Assembly: GCA_963674705.1 (NCBI GenBank)
Contig: OY771506.1
Location: 2,080,001-2,144,000, forward strand
Origin: Phycisphaeraceae bacterium
Lineage (GTDB): Bacteria; Planctomycetota; Phycisphaerae; Phycisphaerales; Phycisphaeraceae
Length of the DNA: 64,000 nucleotides
Direction: 5' to 3'
This document shows, one piece after another, positions 59,339 to 64,000 of this stretch. Position 1 is the stretch's first letter. Every line of letters starts with the position of its first letter. The notes below the pieces were generated by a model. The model did no database searches. It worked only from the letters and a program-made list of their open reading frames with translations, and was not told the origin of the DNA. The position numbers were made by a program, and so were the translations under genes.

Positions 59339-60079
59339 ATGACCGACACGATTGCCGAGCCTTCTCCGGCACCAGCCCCGGACGATAAAGCCCTGATTGA
59401 GTTGAAGGGTTTGCGCAAGACCTATCAGATGGGGTCGCAGCAGGTCCATGCGCTGGCGGGGGTTGACCTGCGGCTTGGGCGTGGCGAGTTCTGGGCGATC
59501 CTCGGCGCATCCGGTTCGGGTAAGAGCACGATGTTGAACGTGCTTGGTTGTCTGGATCGGCCGACCGCGGGAACGTACATGCTCGAAGGGCAGAACGTAG
59601 CCGACCTGAATGACGATGCGCTCAGTGAGTTTCGTTTGCGTCACCTGGGTTTTATCTTCCAGAGTTTTAACCTGATCCCACAGTTAACGGTGCAAGAGAA
59701 CATCGAACTGCCTTTGTATTACCTGGGGTGGGAAGCGGAAAAGAGTGCCGAACGGGCCGCGGAGCTTGCGGATCGTGTCGGGCTGGGGGATCGACTGGAC
59801 CACAGGCCTAACGAACTATCCGGCGGCCAGCAGCAACGCGTCGCGGTCGCTCGTGCGCTTGCCAATGATCCGCCCGTTCTGCTTGCCGACGAACCGACCG
59901 GCAACCTCGATTCATCCACAAGCTCGCAGATCATGGCCCTGTTGGATGATCTGAGCAGACAGGGCAAGACGATCATCATGGTGACGCACGAACTGGACAT
60001 CGCCGAGCATGCCCAGCATCGGCTGCATATGAAGGACGGCCTGATCGACCGGATCGAGAGGAGCAACGGGTATGAATAA
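59339..60079 (+). CDS. ABC exporter ATPase (MacB/LolD-like)
   Basis: GASGSGKS, 'GFIFQSFNL', [19 protein letters not shown]. Confidence 0.95.
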   Translation: MTDTIAEPSPAPAPDDKALIELKGLRKTYQMGSQQVHALAGVDLRLGRGEFWAILGASGSGKSTMLNVLGCLDRPTAGTYMLEGQNVADLNDDALSEFRLRHLGFIFQSFNLIPQLTVQENIELPLYYLGWEAEKSAERAAELADRVGLGDRLDHRPNELSGGQQQRVAVARALANDPPVLLADEPTGNLDSSTSSQIMALLDDLSRQGKTIIMVTHELDIAEHAQHRLHMKDGLIDRIERSNGYE

Positions 60080-61328
60080 ATTTATCCGTATGCTCCGCCT
60101 GGGTATCAAGAGCCTGCTGCTGCACAAGCTGCGGTCGGCGCTGACGATGTTGGGTGTGGTGTTTGGTGTGGGCGCAGTGGTGGCGATGCTCGCGGTCGGT
60201 GAAGGGGCGCAGCGCAAGGCCCTGGACGAGATCAAGGCGCTGGGCTCGAACAACATCATGCTCAGCAGTAAGCAGAACGCTGACGATGCCGAGGCAACCA
60301 CCACCTCGATGATCAAGACCTATGGTCTGTTGTATGAGGATGAAAAACGCATCCTCGATACATTCAGTGCCGTGGAGCGCACCGTGCCGACCAAGGACCT
60401 GCGCAAGGTGACCTACTTCGGCGAGCGTTCGGTGGAACTGCGTATCGTCGGAACAACGCCGGGCTGGTTCGAGCTTGTGCCACGTGAAGTGATCGCCGGA
60501 CGTGTGCTGCTGGATCGTGATATGCAGACGTCGGCGAACGTCTGTGTTTTGACCGAATCGGGCGCGCGTAAGTTGCTGGCAGCGAGCAGCGTGATCGGCG
60601 AATCCGTCCGTGTAAGCGGTGATCTTTATCAGGTCATCGGGATTGTCCAGAACGAGGAATCATCCGGTGGCGGCCGCACGCCCGACTCCGATGTCGATGC
60701 TTACATCCCGATCAATGTCGCGAAGGAACGTTACTCCGATTTGATGATCCGTCGCGCCTCGGGTTCATTCTCGGCCGAGCAGGTTGAACTGCACCGCATT
60801 CTTATCCAGGTCAAGGACCTGAACGATGTCGAATCGGTCGCGGCGGGGATCGAACGGATGATGAAGACGTTCCACCCGCAGGGGGATTACGATCTGTACG
60901 TCCCGCTCGCGGTGTTGAATGCCGCCAAGGCGCAGGCGAGCATCTGGAAGTGGACGCTGTTCTCGATCGCCGCAATCAGCCTGCTGGTCGGCGGGATCGG
61001 GATCATGAACATCATGCTCGCATCCGTGACCGAACGCACACGCGAGATCGGCATCCGCCGGGCAATCGGTGCGAAGAAGAAACAGATCGTCAGCCAGTTC
61101 CTGGTTGAAACAGTAGTGTTGTCAGCGGTGGGCGGCCTGATCGGCACGGTCGTCGGGCCGGCGATTGCGCTCGGGATTACCGCGATGTCGGGGATCGATA
61201 CGGTGGTCCCCATGTACAGCATCGTCCTGGCGGTCGGCATCTCGGGCGGCATCGGCATCGTGTTCGGCTTGTACCCCGCCGTGCGCGCGGCGAACCTCGA
61301 CCCGATCGTGGCGCTGCGGCACGATTAA
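60072..61328 (+). CDS. MacB/FtsX-family permease
   Basis: 'RSALTMLG', '[28 protein letters not shown]', 'LDPIVALR'. Confidence 0.95.
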   Translation: MNKFIRMLRLGIKSLLLHKLRSALTMLGVVFGVGAVVAMLAVGEGAQRKALDEIKALGSNNIMLSSKQNADDAEATTTSMIKTYGLLYEDEKRILDTFSAVERTVPTKDLRKVTYFGERSVELRIVGTTPGWFELVPREVIAGRVLLDRDMQTSANVCVLTESGARKLLAASSVIGESVRVSGDLYQVIGIVQNEESSGGGRTPDSDVDAYIPINVAKERYSDLMIRRASGSFSAEQVELHRILIQVKDLNDVESVAAGIERMMKTFHPQGDYDLYVPLAVLNAAKAQASIWKWTLFSIAAISLLVGGIGIMNIMLASVTERTREIGIRRAIGAKKKQIVSQFLVETVVLSAVGGLIGTVVGPAIALGITAMSGIDTVVPMYSIVLAVGISGGIGIVFGLYPAVRAANLDPIVALRHD

Positions 61329-61480
61329 TCACCACAATCCCGACTCTCCCCAAGCCGCGGTCTTCGCGCAGCGATAGCGCGGGCCCTCGAATGTCTTCTG
61401 CACTTTTTGCGGCAAACCGATATCGCCACAAAAAGTCACAAAATGCAGATGAATAGAATTGCTAACATATCCTGCACTTA

Positions 61481-62437
61481 GTGAATCAATCGTTCTTCTG
61501 GAGAATTCTCTTGGCGGGATCGAATAAGAAAGTCATCTACGCCGCTCTGACCGGCAACGCATTGATCGCGATCACGAAGTTTGTCGCTGCGATGATTACC
61601 AACAGCTCGGCAATGCTTGCCGAAGGTATTCACTCGATCGTGGATACGGGCAACCAGTTGCTGCTGCTGTTCGGTTTGAAGCGGGCGAAGGTGCCTGCAG
61701 ATGAGCAGTTTCCGTTCGGGCACGGCAAAGAAGTCTACTTCTGGTCGTTCATCGTGGCGATGCTGATCTTTGCGGTTGGTGCGGCGGTGTCGATCTATAA
61801 AGGCGTGCTGCACGTCATCCATCCCGAGCCGATCGAGAACGCACTGGTGAACTACATCGTGCTGGGATTTGCAATGCTGTTTGAAGGCGCGGCCTGGTTT
61901 TTTGCACTGCGTGAGTTCGGCAAAGCCAAGGGCGACTGGGGCTATCTCGAAGCAGTTCACCGCGGCAAAGACCCATCCATGTTCGTCGTGTTGTTTGAAG
62001 ACTCCGCAGCGATGATCGGGTTAGCGATCGCGTTCCTCGGCGTGCTGCTCAGCCAGCTTACGGGCATTTATATGTTTGACGGATTGGCATCGATCCTGAT
62101 CGGCATCGTGCTCGGTGGGACCGCGGCGTGGCTTGCTTACGAGACACACAGCCTGCTCATCGGGGAAAGCGCGAACAAGCACGTCGTCGCCGGCATACGC
62201 AAGATAGTCGCCGCACAGCCTGAAGTGGAACGCGTGAACGAAGTATTAACCATGCACATGGGCCCGCAGTTTATCCTGCTCAACCTCAGTGTAGACTTTG
62301 AGGATTCTGCAACTACCGAAAAACTCGAACACCGTATCGCTTCGATCGACAAGCAGATCAAGCAAGCCTATCCGCAAGTCAAGCGCATCTTTATCGAGGC
62401 GGAACACGCAAAGTCAGGTGAATCGGGTTCAACCTGA
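61481..62437 (+). CDS. Cation diffusion facilitator transporter
   Basis: 'AEGIHSIVD.GNQ', 'FPFGHGKE.YFW', 'FEDSAA'. Confidence 0.9.
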   Translation: MNQSFFWRILLAGSNKKVIYAALTGNALIAITKFVAAMITNSSAMLAEGIHSIVDTGNQLLLLFGLKRAKVPADEQFPFGHGKEVYFWSFIVAMLIFAVGAAVSIYKGVLHVIHPEPIENALVNYIVLGFAMLFEGAAWFFALREFGKAKGDWGYLEAVHRGKDPSMFVVLFEDSAAMIGLAIAFLGVLLSQLTGIYMFDGLASILIGIVLGGTAAWLAYETHSLLIGESANKHVVAGIRKIVAAQPEVERVNEVLTMHMGPQFILLNLSVDFEDSATTEKLEHRIASIDKQIKQAYPQVKRIFIEAEHAKSGESGST

Positions 62438-62832
62438 TCGTCGGCCGTGTTATCACGGGGCATTCATATCTCTACATCGCGCGCTTTTGTGTATTCCGCA
62501 TCGCTAACAAGAAAAACATGCATAGCTAATGTGTTGTACGCACTCGACTTTGTCGTGTCGCCGCAGCAACAGCATGGATTCCTGTTTTAAATCAATCGCA
62601 ATCTGTTACAATTAATTTGTTGAATCGGCGTCGGGCGGGGAGAGAGGGCGGACCATGACGAGCGTTCAACAATCCACTTCTGTTATCTCCCTGGCCGTAT
62701 CTATGCCTGCATTACCACCCGCGTGTGGAATGGTTCCACGCGCTGACTGATTGAACGTCCTTCGTTCTATCTCGGTATCTGTTTGCTCGATCAGGAGGAC
62801 GTGGCACACCCATTGGAGAAAGGCGGATCACA

Positions 62833-64000
62833 ATGAGGAGCGTATCACTTCGTTTTGGCACATCAATTCTGGGTATGTTTGCCATCGCGGCAACAGGGAC
62901 ATTATCAGAGGCGACGATTCCTTACGGCGGTGCGGGCGGGCCGTTCCCCGGCTTCGGCCCGGGATTGGGGACGCCTTTGAGCGTGGGCGGCAAGGAGTAC
63001 AGCCATGACTGGGACGCGACGACCATCGGCGCCGTTGCTTCCCCGCCCCCGTTCGATGCCGAGCAGATCATCGCATGGGACGGCGTCGGCGGGACGGTGG
63101 ATGTGACGGACTTCACAGGCACGCGCCCGACCTGGACACCCGACGACGAGATCGACGCCATCGCCAACCACGGCGACTTTGCTTACAAAGAGTTGAAGTC
63201 TGAGATCGCACACCTGGTGTTCTCGATCGACGACACAAGCTACGCGTATCCCGGCGGGCTCGGTGCCGCGCCGCTCCTGATGACTGTCCCATCCGCCGGG
63301 CCGATCGCGACACCGGTTGGCGCGATCGGTGGCGCGGGCGAGGTGTCGTATGAGTTGGGCACTTCGTTTGGCGCGTTGCCGAGCACCGTCGGCATCTGGG
63401 CCAAGCAGGCGGACGTCAATGGCATGCCGCTGCCTGATGATGTCGATGGTGTAGAGGTCTGGGGCCCCGAGCCACCGTTAGCCGATGCGGACAAGTATTC
63501 GCTTGATATGGATATCTTCAGCGGCGGCGCTGCCGGCGGAGCAACGTCGGTGTGGAACGCATCAGGCACGCCTTACCTTCCACATGCTGCGATTGTCGGC
63601 GCGGTAACCAGCCTGCTCGGCACACATGTGGACCCCGACCTGATCAACCTTGATGCGCTGATGGTGCAAGATATGTTTGGCGACCCCGATCGGTTTGATG
63701 ATGGCATTGCCGGGCCTGGCGATGAGATCATCTTCAGCATCCGTCAGATCCCGTCGACCGCCGACCCCAGCGGCTACTACGCCACGGGTAGCGAACTGTT
63801 TGTACTCAACGCGGTCGGTCCCGCGACGTTCCTGTCACACGGCGGGCACCTGTGGGACAAGGCGTACGCGCTGACCGCCTTTGATGTCGGCGGCCCGAAT
63901 ATGCCTCACGTGCTGGATGTCAACGCGATTGAGGCGATCGGCGAGTACTCGGTCCCTGAGCCGGCGGCGGTCACACTGACATTGCTCGGGCTGGGCGTGT
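62833..64000 (+). CDS. PEP-CTERM protein, 3'-partial (absent from the ORF track)
   Basis: ATG 62833 'MRSVSLRFGTSILGMFAIAATG' is in frame with 'VPEPAAVTLTLLGLG' at the window edge. Confidence 0.85.
   Translation, partial: MRSVSLRFGTSILGMFAIAATGTLSEATIPYGGAGGPFPGFGPGLGTPLSVGGKEYSHDWDATTIGAVASPPPFDAEQIIAWDGVGGTVDVTDFTGTRPTWTPDDEIDAIANHGDFAYKELKSEIAHLVFSIDDTSYAYPGGLGAAPLLMTVPSAGPIATPVGAIGGAGEVSYELGTSFGALPSTVGIWAKQADVNGMPLPDDVDGVEVWGPEPPLADADKYSLDMDIFSGGAAGGATSVWNASGTPYLPHAAIVGAVTSLLGTHVDPDLINLDALMVQDMFGDPDRFDDGIAGPGDEIIFSIRQIPSTADPSGYYATGSELFVLNAVGPATFLSHGGHLWDKAYALTAFDVGGPNMPHVLDVNAIEAIGEYSVPEPAAVTLTLLGLGV

Overview
Bacterial DNA, most likely a planctomycete of the Phycisphaerae type (inferred from PEP-CTERM proteins, a DUF1559 prepilin-like protein and 'GDxxGDGYVGLDDLDIVL' dockerin-like repeats). 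Housekeeping-type genes occupy the two ends: the tail of a type II secretion-like operon (1-3915), and a TolC/MFP/ABC exporter, a CDF transporter and a PEP-CTERM gene (55.6-64 kb). Between them is a ~51 kb accessory region ending at an initiator tRNA-Met gene (55239-55312, minus strand). From 4.0 to 35.2 kb, four co-oriented copies or remnants of one rve/DDE insertion sequence separate three cargo blocks: secreted proteins, a kinase/ABC-importer operon, and a PEP-CTERM plus modifying-enzyme cluster. From 37048 to 48091 lies an 11 kb serine-integrase element with a protease-capsid fusion, primase-helicase, sigma-like factor and NaeI-type R-M/Vsr, but no portal, terminase or tail genes. Its att site lies inside the integrase gene, so excision would swap the integrase C-terminus. 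From 48081 to 55281 lies a tyrosine-integrase/rolling-circle Rep island carrying an Mrr-STAND defence-like gene. All calls come from manual motif reading; no searches were run.
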